A stretch of 64,000 bases of DNA, taken from NCBI RefSeq assembly GCF_963676685.1, contig NC_092351.1, positions 54,622,001 to 54,686,000 on the forward strand. Reading direction: 5' to 3'. The notes below the pieces were generated by a model that searched no databases, was not told the DNA's origin, and saw nothing but the letters and a program-made list of their open reading frames with translations. This document shows, piece by piece, positions 49,676-61,943 of the stretch (position 1 is the stretch's first letter; each line of letters starts with the position of its first letter). Both the position numbers and the translations under genes were made by a program. Source of the stretch: Mytilus edulis (Eukaryota).

Positions 49676-51273
49676 GTAAATATATTTATACGACTACAAG
49701 ATGTCCGCGAAACCGCGGTACAATTTGGCTAGTGTTGAAATATAGTGTGGATACAGTTCTAAGGTGAACACAGATTATCTCGGAAATAATTTAAAAGTAC
49801 CACTGATTAAAAAAAAGTAATGTAAAGTAAGCACTTCTTCTTTGTTATAACTACGTACTGCACACCCAAAAAAAAATCAAAAAAATCATCGTCTCTACGA
49901 GTAAAAATAGTAACACGATCAAGTCAATTTACATTTCATTGCGGTCCCCCTTTTATTTTAATAATGAAAGATCGATGTGATACGATTGGGGCTTTTGCCA
50001 ACGATTCTTTAATTTCATACAGCTTTATAAACCAATTTTCTAAAGAAACAGAAATTCAAAAACGCTCCCCCCCCCCCCCCAAAAAAAAAATAAAAAAAAA
50101 ATGAGAGAATAGTTCTGACCATGCAGTCCTACTATATACAAAGTAAATGTTAACGTAGGAAAAGAAATGTCAAAATATAAGGATTTATTTCTGGAAAACA
50201 CAAGAGCAGTTAGTTATCTACGACACAAAACGAACAAAGGCTAGATATCCCTGACGTGGCGTGGTTGAATATGTTGTGTGTGATCTCAACCTTCCCCCTA
50301 TACATATAATCAATATGGAATTAACAAATTCAGCCTAGAGATAAATCCTGTATACGCCTTTCCTTTGGCTACAAACTACATGCATGTACATGTATTTATA
50401 ACAAGTATGCTTATTGAAAATATGACAATGATTCCGTATGATCTATTATTTATTGCATTTTAGTACGTCTTCCATCTGCAGCATCTAAGAACATTGAGTC
50501 AAGTAAGTAAAGTTTCAAATCGGTAGTTCTTGTCAAAATAATAATTTAGTAGATGAATTTCGAGCGGTAAATGGGTTGATGGCGGAAGCAAAATTATTTT
50601 ATAACAATGGATTTTTACATTTTGCGATAGGTTACACAAACATGCAAAATGTACGTATTTCATTTGTCGGCGACTGGTAGATTTTCGTGCACAACAAATG
50701 TCACTCCGCGTATTATAAAAAACGTAATCGTTCATATTGTTATTGGAGCCTGGGTGTCCGAGTATTCTCAGAATTTCATCTTTCAGTGATCAAAAGCCTG
50801 TGGTGTTTTGATTCGATCTTTTAAGACCACGAGTTCACTGTTCATAGTAGTCGACCGTCTGCAAAGTCCGTTGTCCTTCATTTTACATAGATCTTCTCCC
50901 ACGAAAATATACTTGTCAAAATGGTCCTAGTTGTATCTTGATTGAAAAACGTGTCCCACGATTCCGAATTATAACCAAAACATACATGTAAAATGAATGA
51001 ATGCCTTATATCTTAAAAATCGTTATAGATAGAGAAAGTAACAAAAACATTTAGAATGTAATGAATTCCTCAATTCCCGTCATCAGTCGAATACTCACAA
51101 AAGTTATTCCCCTTTAATGACGAGTTGATCGAACCCTTTCTCCTTGAGTTTTCAAAGAAAACACAATCAATTAGTAAAGATGAAACCGCAAAATAAAAAA
51201 AAATCGGGAACTATTTAGGGAATAGAAGTTTGTTTAGCTTTCTAACTTAAGTTTCGATTATTTTTTATTGTAG

Positions 51274-51425
51274 AAACTGACGGTTATGGTCACTTAGCAG
51301 TAACGTTACAAGAAGCGGAGATTGAAGTTATAAGCAATTCAAAATGCAACTCAAGACGGTATTGGGATGGCTTAGTGAAACCAACAAATATTTGTGCCTT
51401 TCATAAAAAAACGGCAGCTTGTGAG
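51274..51425 (+). CDS. Serine protease, coding exon 5
   Basis: TTGTAG acceptor; (E)TDGYGHLAVTLQEAEIEVISNSKCNSRRYWDGLVKPTNICAFHKKTAACE; GTAAAC donor. Confidence 0.92.
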
Positions 51426-51632
51426 GTAAACTTAAAACTTCTAACAATTCTAACAACATTTTAAGACTTTATGATTTGTTGCTGTGTGACTATAGATATA
51501 TATTGTTGCTGTAAACGTGTCGATTTGTTAGACATTGCTGTCAGTTTCTTATATTCGACAAAGATAAGAGACTTTCTACCTCTTTCATGTCACAGCGAGA
51601 ACGTGAATCATTATGTTTATGATAAAACAAAG

Positions 51633-51945
51633 ATATGATATTATCAATTCAAAATGCAACCGACCAGACGGTACAGCAATAGCTTAGAAAAACGAACTAA
51701 TGTTTTTGCCTTTCATAAAAAAAACCGGCGACGAGTGAGGTAAACTTAAACATTCACAACATTTTACGATTTGATCCTTTACGTAACTGTGTAACTATAT
51801 TATAGATAAACATTGTTGCTGTAAACGTGACTATAATTGTTTGTTGGAAATCGCTATCTGTTTTATAATCGGCAAAAATAAAGACTGTGAATAAGAAGAA
51901 CCAACTGTTTCATGTCATCACAGAACGTGACTCGTTTGAGATTTA
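51633..51945 (+). pseudogene. Degenerate tandem duplicate of the 3' half of protease exon 5 plus following intron
   Basis: CAATTCAAAATGCAAC...TGCCTTTCATAAAAAAA...GTGAGGTAAACTTAAA...TTGTTGCTGTAAACGTG repeats about 310 bp downstream with indels and no acceptor. Confidence 0.85.
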
Positions 51946-52311
51946 AAAAAAAAAATCATGATGTTATATTACTTATTTATAAAGCATTCACTACATCGCT
52001 TATCTCAAATCATAGTAATGGTATCAACTATACGATGCTGGATCAGAGAGATTGGAAATAAAATGACGTAGATGTCAGGTGGAAATTAACTTACCTTAAC
52101 TTGAGACAATTACAGTAACAGGCTAACCTGTTAATTGCATTTTAAATGTAGTGTATTATAATACACATGTGTTTTATTAAGCCAATGCATGTAAGAGTTC
52201 CAGATAAGTATATCAAATATATAATAATAAAACAGATTGTTATTTTACTAATAATAATGAAATAATAACGTTAGATTTCAAAATTAAAGTTAAATGAGTT
52301 TCTTTTTTTAG

Positions 52312-52542
52312 GGAGACAGCGGAGGGCCTCTGGTTTGTAAAGTACAGAACCAATACATTCTAGTTGGGGTGACGTCGTGGGGATCTTCTTCGTGTATGAG
52401 CTATCCTACGGTGTTTGCAGACATTGCTAAGTTCTGGGAGTGGACTCAAGACCGAATATTACAATACCGCATGCTAGTGCGTGAAATTAAAATGGACGAT
52501 ACAAAACTCGAAATGGAGATGAATATTTTTCAGGAAAAATAA
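52312..52542 (+). CDS. Serine protease, last exon (catalytic Ser, C-terminal extension)
   Basis: GDSGGPLVC..LVGVTSWG..C..YPTVF..W..; stop at 52540-52542; AATAAA at 52754. Confidence 0.93.
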   Translation, partial: GDSGGPLVCKVQNQYILVGVTSWGSSSCMSYPTVFADIAKFWEWTQDRILQYRMLVREIKMDDTKLEMEMNIFQEK

Positions 52543-52983
52543 TCATGACTCATATGGGATACATGTTTGAATACTCTTATATATGCAATATCATCAAGAC
52601 CACCTTAGTTTTGGCAGTACGACCGCCAGAATTGGTTCAATATAATTTACACAATAATACAGCAAACTGTCAACACAGGATAAAAGGCCATTGGCATTCT
52701 TATAAAACATTGTCATCGATACAATCATGGCAACATTTGTGAAGTCCTAGCATAATAAAACTATTGCAAAGCTTTCTGAAATCGTATATTGATTTCTCAT
52801 TTAGTCATGAAAGAAGTATCATCCGAGTTTGTTCTAAAATTGATAAAAATGATCTTTAAATTTGATAATTTTCATTTCGTAATCGGCTAACGAAATATAT
52901 ACAAAATATATTTCTCAACAGTTTCTTAAAAGTTAGAATAAAAACAAGTATCAACGATTATTATTCAACATATTTTGTAGATA

Positions 52984-53155
52984 CCGTCAAACCTGCTTAA
53001 GAGACCACCTGTATTAAGCAAAAACCTGTGTTAAAAGACCATGAATGTTAGATCCCTCTGTAGTACATTTCATATATATTGAACCTGTATTAAGACCACC
53101 TGTGTAAAGAGACAACTTTTTTTGCTCTAAGGGTCTCTTAAAACAGGTTTGACTG
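52984..53155. mobile_element. Tc1/mariner (pogo/Tigger-type) MITE
   Basis: C(C)GTCAAACCTG..TTAAGAGACC / GGTCTCTTAA..CAGGTTTGACTG with TA flanks. Confidence 0.8.
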
Positions 53156-53599
53156 TATATTATAAAAGGGTCCAACGAAAAGTATATATAGCTTTATTAT
53201 TTTATTGTGTGACGAATGCTGTTAGAAGCAGGATTGTAATAAATTAACAAAGAATTAAAACATTTTGCCGATATTTGCCTTTGTCTATAAACTTTGGAGA
53301 GTGTATAGTGTACTTACATGTATATCATATAGATCAAACATTCTGTCTGTGTAGATTTAGTATTACGAAAATATATTTACTGTTACAGTAATTCAATGTT
53401 AAAAAGATAACACGTGATCAACAGCAATCCGAAGCGCTTTTCTGGATTTAACTTCATCGTGATCGCTCGATCAGAGTAACATATCAAAAACAAAAACAAA
53501 AAACATGCAGATAACGAAATATTTGAAGAGTTATGTGATCAAAATGGACCTAGTATCTTTAAAGATCTATAATAATTTTATGAATGTGTAAACATTTGA

Positions 53600-53855
53600 T
53601 TTTTTGTGTTTTAACGCCACTTTTCAGCACCGCTTTTGGGCTATTTCATGGCGGCCAGTTTTTCTTGATGGAGAAGGCCGGAGTGCCCGGAGAAAACCAC
53701 CGACTTTCGATAGGAAAACTGACAATCCTATAGTCAATTAAAATTCGAATCGTATGCACTCGCATAAGCGGGGTTCGAACTCACAACTGCCGTTTTGACT
53801 GACTAGTGATTATACAGTAGTAACTATTTCGAACACACGAACCACCGAGGCCCCT
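53600..53855 (-). mobile_element. tRNA-derived SINE with V/Meta-type central domain (degenerate relative at about 44225-44470)
   Basis: Minus strand GGGGCCTCGGTGGTTCGTGTG head, GAGTTCGAACCCCG B box, GGTTTTCTCCGGGCACTCCGG core, 3' GTGGCGTTAAAACAC. Confidence 0.75.
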
Positions 53856-56143
53856 TGAATAAGTTAAGAAAGGTATGTTATAAATCTTGTCCGTACCGAA
53901 GCACTGACTACTGAGCTGATGATGCACCCGAGGACTAAGTTCACCAGTAGCGTTAGTTGTCGACCCATTGCTAATTGTGACCGATGAATTAACGTAATTA
54001 ATGATATATGAAAACTTACTTTGTCTGTATCTTAAAGTAACTGCAAAAAAAACCCAGTAATTTATGAATCAAGAGTTTAATGTGAGATAAAAACTTAATT
54101 CAAATAGAATTTTCCTTGACCCCCCTCCTCTCCCCTCTTGTAACCTAATTTGAAGAAAAAAACTTGGTTATTAAACCAGTATAGGTATATGTGTTGAAAA
54201 TGTTTTGAATACATATGTAACATGAAAAATCATGAGTGTTGTTACCTCAACCACGATTTGTTGATTTAATCATAATCGCCTAATGTCCAGTGGCAAAAAT
54301 TTAATGCACGTTCAGATCTGATTACATTGACAATACATACATTAGATAGGTTTTGTAATAAAATGCGCCGGTTTTGACAAGCTGCAAATTTGAAATTCAA
54401 CTGGAAAATGAGGATTTTTTGGATAGGGGAAGAAATTTGTCCTTGCAAGAGGTCAACACCGACCCCTCAAAGAGTTGTTACAAAAGTTGTTAAAAGGTAG
54501 AGAGCGTTGCTCTGTCTTTACATGAGGCACCGAATTTATCGTCCACATTCTGAATAGACATGGCTTTGAATTAACAGGTCCGGCACAATCGAACGGGCGC
54601 CTCATTTTGGCATGGATTTTCTTTGGTCAGAACGAGACCGAGAGTGACCATATATCGATTTTGTTGGTCACCATTGGTGTTCCTGTACAATGAATGATGT
54701 TTTTTTTTTGTATTGAATTGGAAATACTTGTCAGGAAATATTAATATAACTGAATATTATTCTTTAGGTATCTAAATAAATGACTCTGGAAATGTGAATT
54801 ATTTTCTACATATTCATGCACATGTATACACGGCATACTAGTAGTTAATATGGATCCTGATTTTTCTATTTGACTACTAGCTTCGCTTTTCTTATGAGTT
54901 TTTAACCCCAAAAATTACTATCCTGTACGATTTATTATTATTTGTTAGCATGAAGCTTCCAAACACATTTGGAATATAACTTTAATATGTATGTCTTTAA
55001 TCAGAAAAATCAATGTAGGATAACAAAACTTGAAATCAATGTGACTCTTAACCCACCCCCTAACTATTTGATTTAAGTTTTTTTTTTATCATGCATTTGT
55101 ATTTAAATGTTGTCCCTATAGGAAAATGAAAAAAAGCAAATTTTCAAAATTTGCTATGGATAATATGGATACTGTCTGTTGATCAAGAAGAAGCTTCTGT
55201 CCATATTTCATAAAATTCCACGAAACTCGGAAGCGCAGAAGGTTAGATGTCTGACAAACTTACCATGCAACAGTCGGGTAAACAGACACAAGTCAGAACT
55301 TGATAGAATTGTACATTATAATTTTCATGGATATCCGAGTCAGTTGTCGATGATCATATATGCACAAATGTAGTTATAATATAAAGTAGTTACATTTTCG
55401 CTAATGAAAATATAGGTCAAAACCAGTGAAGAGAAGTAAAACATCGACATGAGCTTCAGAAGGAGAAAAACCCGGCACGTCGACTGGGTTGTTTTATTCA
55501 AGCATCGCCCGACCGACGGCCTGATTCCAGATCCCGTAAAAAAATGCCAATCCAAAAACAGTGACGGATCCAGAACTTTTCATCAGGGGGAGGCGCTGAC
55601 TGACCTAAGAGGAGACCCACTCCAGTCATGCTTCAATGATTCCCTATATAATCAAACAATTTTTTCCACAATTGGGGGGGGGGGGGGGGGGGGGGGGGGC
55701 ACCAGGACTCCTCCCTCCCTGGATCCGCCTATGAAAGATATGGGAAAATAATAAATATATATAAGTAACTAATACATGTAATACACAGTTACAAATTAAA
55801 GGAAAAGAATTGTTTAAATTTGATATACATGATATAAGAATCAATATATAATTACTTAAAATATTAGGATGTGTAAAATAAAACAAAATATCAATTGTCT
55901 TAAAATTACAAGGTGTCAGTTAATCATCAAGCACAGCCAATTGCAAGTAGTCTTATAAGGCATATCTGCCGATGTAGAATGAAGTGGGTATATTTGATTC
56001 CACACGAACTTTATAAAAAAGTTTGGCATGGATCATTTGTTTTGTGAAAAGTAAAATTGTAGACATAGGATAGTGCTGTTTTCAGTAACATAAATGCGTT
56101 TGTCTGGTTTGTAAACTTGCAAGACAATTCATTAAACTTAAAA

Positions 56144-56474
56144 GGATAGAGGTATAGGGGGAGGGTTGAGATCTCATAAACATGTTTAACCCCGCCGCAT
56201 CAAGTTTTGCGCCTGTCCCAAGTCAGGAGCATCTGACCTTTGTTAGTCTTGTATTATTTTAATTTTAGTTTCATGTGTACAATTTGGAAATTAGTATGGC
56301 GTTCATTATCACTGAACTAGTATATATTTGTTTCGGGGCCAGCAGAAGGACGTCTCCGGGTGTGGGAATTTCTCGCTACATTGAAGACCTGTCGGTGACC
56401 TTCTGCTGCTGTTTTTTCTATGGTCGGGTTGTTGTCTCTTTGACACATTCCCCATTTCCATTCTCAATTTTATT
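56144..56474 (+). mobile_element. Naiad family-1 3'-end copy beginning at the twister fold (56144-56238; predicted cleavage 56187/56188)
   Basis: Closely matches the reverse complement of 22801-23125; twister core intact, P3 loop longer (UCAAGUUU). Shorter tips at 33240-33352 and 62270-62323. Confidence 0.85.
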
Positions 56475-57458
56475 TTCGCTCATTAACATTTGCTCCAATT
56501 GAGAAATTCTCAACTTAGAAGAATGTCAGTATTAAAATTGTCCTGGTGGCTTCTAAAATAATTCCAATAAATATTACTATTAAATATAATTGTACAACCC
56601 GGTAACTTCAAAGGTAGATGTATAATAACTCACCATGACTTTGATGAGATACGTTGGTGTGTCTCAGTAAATAAGGGATGGATAAAAAATATGCATATTG
56701 AGTTTTGAAAACGTATAAATGTACTTTAATTAATACTGATGATTTAATTTATTGACGCTAAAATCGTGATTTTGTCATCACATTAGCCGACATCATTGTA
56801 ATTTTTGTAGTTCGATTTGAAAACGATTGAAAATATAAAGAAATTCGATTTTTAACTCATTACAGTACAGTTTGGTGTCTGTACACGTATCTGTAGCTAC
56901 AGTGATTCTCCTCGTGTGGGTTTTCAATATCTGATTACTCGGCCGTTTTTATAGTGGTTACTTTGATTATCATACCAAATATTTCGTGATTATTTGATTA
57001 TTTCATAATACGGACTATATTTTTGATTATTTTATAATTAGGGCTATATTTTTGATTACTTAATTATCTTGTTTGAAAATAATAATTAATGATTATGTGA
57101 TTATATCATGTATATTGGCCAAACAATTGTGATTATGTGATTACTTGGACATCCCCATGAGGGACCTCTATAGTAGGTCGAAGATATAAATTCTTGATTT
57201 TACTAGATGGAGTAATGCAGTTGATAAACTGTTGATTCACTTAAATTAGAGAAAATAATAATGTCTCTGTTTATATACAAATATTTTTTTTGTCATATAA
57301 GCGAAGATTTTTTATAAAGACCGTGTGTGTGTATTTTTATTTCTTTGCTCTTTTGGTCTGTAGTCATACCTTTCAGACGCGTTCTCCTTGAGGGAGTTTG
57401 TTTTGGTGTAATTGTTTACGTTTGGAATTTTTTTCTTTTTCTCTCAAGAAAAACAGCA

Positions 57459-59066
57459 ATGGGAACTGTATTTCAAAGCATTTCTGCGGAATTATCCGCT
57501 GAATTTGAAAATTTGTTGTCCAATAATCACGCAAGGAGCTTTTTAGAACGAGTATGCGATTTGACAGGGACCCTGATGATCAGTAGTTCAAACAATCCCC
57601 TAGTCGCACCCAATTCTTTGAAAATCTGTGGTTCGTGGGCTTCTGTATCAAACGCACACAATATTCTTTCATCATACACTATTGTACGTGACTTGATGAA
57701 GACAGATTTTGACGATAATGATAATTCTTGGGGTGAAATTACTTCAAGTGAATATTTAACCACCCCTAAAAGAAGAAGAAAGAGTCGAAACCGAAAAATT
57801 TGTAACCTAATTCGAGAAAATGATGAGTTTAGTTCAAGTATGAAGCTGAAAACATCCCCTGCTAACCCTGATATACTTGATGTTTGTCCTGATTCTAATA
57901 CAGTTTCACCAATACCTGTTCTCTTGTCATCAATTGGGAACACTCAGACATTTCCGGTCAATTTGTCCAAACAAAATGAAGATATTCCCGGGGAGCCTGT
58001 TCCTTTAACACCAGAAGATGGCGACATGTATTTTATTGAAAATACAAATAACCAAGTTACTGATTTTCAGAACAGTGACAATCAAAGTACCAACACCGAA
58101 GAAGGGGGTAAGGGTAAATATCCCTGTACATTGTGCAAACATTACTCCACAACTAGTGCAAAGAATTTAGAAGCGCATTTGGATCGATTCCATTTTAAAC
58201 CTGTTACTTGCCATATCTGTGGAAGAGGATTCGGTTATGAAAGAGACCTCAAAAGACACTTGTTGAAAAATAAATATAGCTGTTCCACTGCAAAACGATC
58301 CTTAATAAACAAACATTATGTCACTATTACCAGATCTGAATACGATACTGATGAACAATCAAATTCTGGTGTTGGGAACTCAATTGAAGATTTGGTTAAC
58401 TTATCAAAAGAAGGTCAAGATGAAAGTTGCAATGATTCAAACATCCATCATGAAGATTTGCAGGCTTATAGCACAAAAGTTTTTGAAACAGAAGATTCAG
58501 GCTTCAATTTAAACCTTAGAATTAAAGAAGAACCTAAAGAACTAGAAGAACCAAATGCGTTAGAAGTTATTCCTATTCAAAGTTTATCAACAAATTCAAC
58601 ATCGCCACCAAAAGAATGCACTGAAGCTTTACCATCACCAATAAAGCAGAGCCGAAATTTGGATAGTAGTACAAATTCACCTGAAGATGAAGATGAAAGA
58701 AATGATTCGTATCAGGATTCTACCATTCAAAGAGCACAAATGCCTCCTCAGGATCAGTTAAAATTAATGGAACAAGAATTTGCTTCCAGCAATTTTGACT
58801 TCAATGTTGAGGAAGATTTCACAACAGAGACAACAGGAGAAGTGACAAATTATTACTGCAAAATTTGCACTTATATGGCACACAAGAAACAACATATGAT
58901 CGATCACATTTGTCGTATGCATAAGAAGCAGTTTGCCTGTGAGCATTGTAATTCAATGTTTGGTCTAGTAAAAGATTTAAATAGACATCTTCGTAGAACA
59001 CATGGTGTAGATATTCCCCTGAAAAATTCACGAGGGACAATTGTTAGACCACTTATACCTCTTTGA
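57459..59066 (+). CDS. C2H2 zinc-finger protein, 535 aa, single coding exon (two finger pairs)
   Basis: Long ORF from the first ATG (GCAATGG); fingers CTLC..HLDRFH, CHIC..HLLKNKYSC, CKIC..HICRMH, CEHC..HLRRTH; basic NLS PKRRRKSRNRK; IKEE SUMO-consensus motif. Confidence 0.9.
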   Translation: MGTVFQSISAELSAEFENLLSNNHARSFLERVCDLTGTLMISSSNNPLVAPNSLKICGSWASVSNAHNILSSYTIVRDLMKTDFDDNDNSWGEITSSEYLTTPKRRRKSRNRKICNLIRENDEFSSSMKLKTSPANPDILDVCPDSNTVSPIPVLLSSIGNTQTFPVNLSKQNEDIPGEPVPLTPEDGDMYFIENTNNQVTDFQNSDNQSTNTEEGGKGKYPCTLCKHYSTTSAKNLEAHLDRFHFKPVTCHICGRGFGYERDLKRHLLKNKYSCSTAKRSLINKHYVTITRSEYDTDEQSNSGVGNSIEDLVNLSKEGQDESCNDSNIHHEDLQAYSTKVFETEDSGFNLNLRIKEEPKELEEPNALEVIPIQSLSTNSTSPPKECTEALPSPIKQSRNLDSSTNSPEDEDERNDSYQDSTIQRAQMPPQDQLKLMEQEFASSNFDFNVEEDFTTETTGEVTNYYCKICTYMAHKKQHMIDHICRMHKKQFACEHCNSMFGLVKDLNRHLRRTHGVDIPLKNSRGTIVRPLIPL

Positions 59067-59693
59067 TTTTAATTAAATGTATTTATCATGTTTATGTAGG
59101 TGTACATTTTATCTTTGTAAATTTATATCATTTTTATATTGTTAGTTATAAATTTTGAATTTTCCAATTAACATGATTTATGACGCACATTACATTGGGA
59201 GCATAAATTTAGCATGTTTAGGAACATGATAAAGAAAATATTGAGTAACACCATGTTTATGAATACTTCTGAAAGCTAATCTCTAGATTATCATGATTAT
59301 ACTTCATTAATGTACTGTACATGTATATTTTTGCAAGTTTTGTCACCTGGTCACAGTGCAATTAAGTTATCATTTGCCTTAACCAAAACAATAAATTGTT
59401 ATAGATTAAATCTGAACACATACAAAATGACATATAGAGTATAAGAAATTACCTTTCCCAGCAAGAGAAGCTTACATACTTTCTGTTTTAACAGAACTTT
59501 TTGTCATGAATTATTTTTTTACATCTTAAATTTAAAAAATGTATAAGTCTACATGCACAAGAAACACTGGTCTTCGTAAACAATTATCAGAATACATGTT
59601 GTACAATTCAAAATCTGCATGCAGAAGACTCACTGCATGTCAGGTCTTCAAATACAATTTTGAGTGGCCAGAGTGACACAGTTTTAAGATTAA

Positions 59694-59922
59694 GGCTGAA
59701 TAAAAAAAAGTATGTGGTTCCAGTTACATGTAAGAAAAGTTAGGGTATGTAGTAAAGGATTTTTTTTTTACATTATGGCTATGGGAGGAACATTCTGACT
59801 TTGATCGTGCTTATTGAAAAATGACAAAAAAATCTTTATGGTTGGCTATTATATATTAGGACTAAAAAGTAGGATAGGTAGCTATAGGGTAACTGGAACC
59901 ACACATATGTTTTAATTTGGCC
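59694..59922. mobile_element. MITE with 3-bp TAA target duplication
   Basis: GGC..TATGTGGTTCCAGTTAC / GTAACTGGAACCACACATA..GGCC between TAA and TAA. Confidence 0.7.
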
Positions 59923-60146
59923 TAAGGATCGGGACGTACAATTAAGGACATTTTTATTATCTCAAAGGTGTATGTTAATATTTTAAATATTGAAGTAACA
60001 TATAATGATTTACATGTACTTTTGCTAGAATTTAAGTATTTTTGGATTAAAAAAAGCTTTTCCAACTTCATGAACATGTTAGAATTAAACAAGAATAGTT
60101 GTATGCCCCTGCCTCAGCATTCCAGGGGCATTAAGTGTTACCCTTG

Positions 60147-60508
60147 GGCCAAAATTAAAAATATGTTTGTTTCCCCTCCCCCACCCGGGTCAAAAATAAG
60201 CCCCGGGTCAAAAAATTATTTTCCACAAAAAAATCGAAATTATTTTTTTCCTGAAAATAATTTGTTTCCATTTTTGGAAAGTGCTTGAAAGCAGAAGGGT
60301 TGATAATCTAAATAAATACACTCAAATTGAGCACAAACAACTGATAAGTGGCCTGGACTGGACAAGTCAAACCATTCATGTGACCATGCTACATGTATGA
60401 CAATCACATCCAGTTAAAAAAAAAAAAAAAAAAAAACCTGCCTTCCTGGTCTGTTTACAAAGGGTAGACCCGGGGGAGGGGAAAACAGACATTCTTTTAA
60501 ATGTGGCC
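60147..60508. mobile_element. GGCC-ended MITE nested in a Helentron-like element (about 60100-60810)
   Basis: GGCCAAAATTAAAAA..TTTCCCCTCCCC..CCCGGGTC / GACCCGGGGGAGGGGAAAAC..TTTTAAATGTGGCC with TTG on both flanks. Confidence 0.7.
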
Positions 60509-61653
60509 TTGGTACTCCTGTAAGTTATTGCATCCCAAAAATTGGTTCCCATTCTTTAATTTTAGTTTTCTTCAACTAAATGTTACAAAATCTATACACA
60601 ATGCTTATTTCCACAAAACACAGACCAAGTTTGAACTTGGGTGTCATAACTTTTACAGTTCCAGAGTTATGCCCATTTACAAATAGAAAAATAATTTCCA
60701 TTCTCTAACTTAAGTTTGCCTCGACCAACTATTGTTAAACTATAAATCATGTGGGTTTACACAATGCCTATAACCACAAAACACAGATCAAGCTGAAATT
60801 GTGGGTGGTATCATAGGGGTTATGGTTTTTTTCCTAAAAATATTCTGACCCCCAATTGGATGAAAAAAAATATTGTGTTCAATGAGATGACAAAAAAAAT
60901 CATTCTGTGTTAAATTTTGGATAAAAAAAATTGATTTATAGTGTTGAAATATATATGTAATAAAAAAACTGTTTGCTTTTAATTGTGTAAATTTTATTCT
61001 TACACAGACAAAAAAATCATAACCCCTCCTTAAAGTTATTAATGGTTGCTCCTTAAGTACAAATGTAAACTAAATCTATTTTGATTGTAAATTTAACATT
61101 ATCACCTGTCAAATTGCATTGTTGACCAAGAAATACATATGTTTTCATAGTGGGTCTCATTGGGGTCTATTTAGCGTGACACGGGATTGCCGATTTTTTG
61201 TAAACGTAACACGTGAAAGTCAAATTATTGTGCTGTGTAAATGGGAAATGAAGTCTAGCAGGACACGGAAATTACAAAGAAATGAGAATTTCTTACGTAC
61301 ATAGTTTAAGCGGGATAAGGGCATCTGACAAATTTAAAACAGTAAGCCGGATAAGGGATTCTGACAAAACAGTAAGTGGGATCTGGGATCAGAACCCCCC
61401 AATGAGACCATCTTCCTACTAGAGCTAGTAACATGATTAGTAATTAAATTTAAATGTCTACAGTCTGAACATTTTTTGATGCTTTAATATATCATACATG
61501 TAACTGTTTAATAAAATGGGTTATTGAAAATAAGGTTAATGATTATATAGACTCTTAATTTATCTCTCTACTGTACAAGTACTGTGAAATGTGTGACCAA
61601 AATTACATTGTATTTATGTATAATTAGTGTATGCCATGATACTTACAATCTTA

Positions 61654-61943
61654 GGGAGCTACCATTTGATTTTTATGATGGGGGGGGGGGGCTAGGATGA
61701 AAAATTTTGTCCTGCATTTTTTTTAGCTGTAATCTCTGTCCTGCCTTTTTATTTTTCATTCTGTTTGGTCCTGCCTTTTTTTTTTTTAGTTTATCCTGAC
61801 TTTTTTTTACCTAAATTGTCGTCCTGACTTCTTTTTTTTGCAAGCGTCTCATCCTGCCTTTTTTTTTTACTCAAAACTCCTGTCCTGCCTATTTTTTTCA
61901 AATTTCATCCTAGCCCCCCCATAAAAATCAAATGGTAGCTCCC
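61654..61943. mobile_element. PIF/Harbinger-type MITE with internal TCCTG(C/A)CTTTT repeats
   Basis: TIR GGGAGCTACCATTTGATTTTTATG / CATAAAAATCAAATGGTAGCTCCC, TTA on both flanks. Confidence 0.88.

Noticed and set aside
57327-57458. Hydrophobic N-terminal extension of the zinc-finger ORF suggesting a membrane-tethered factor
   Set aside because: It depends on a GTG start and reflects T-rich UTR or intron sequence; the first ATG in good context is at 57459.
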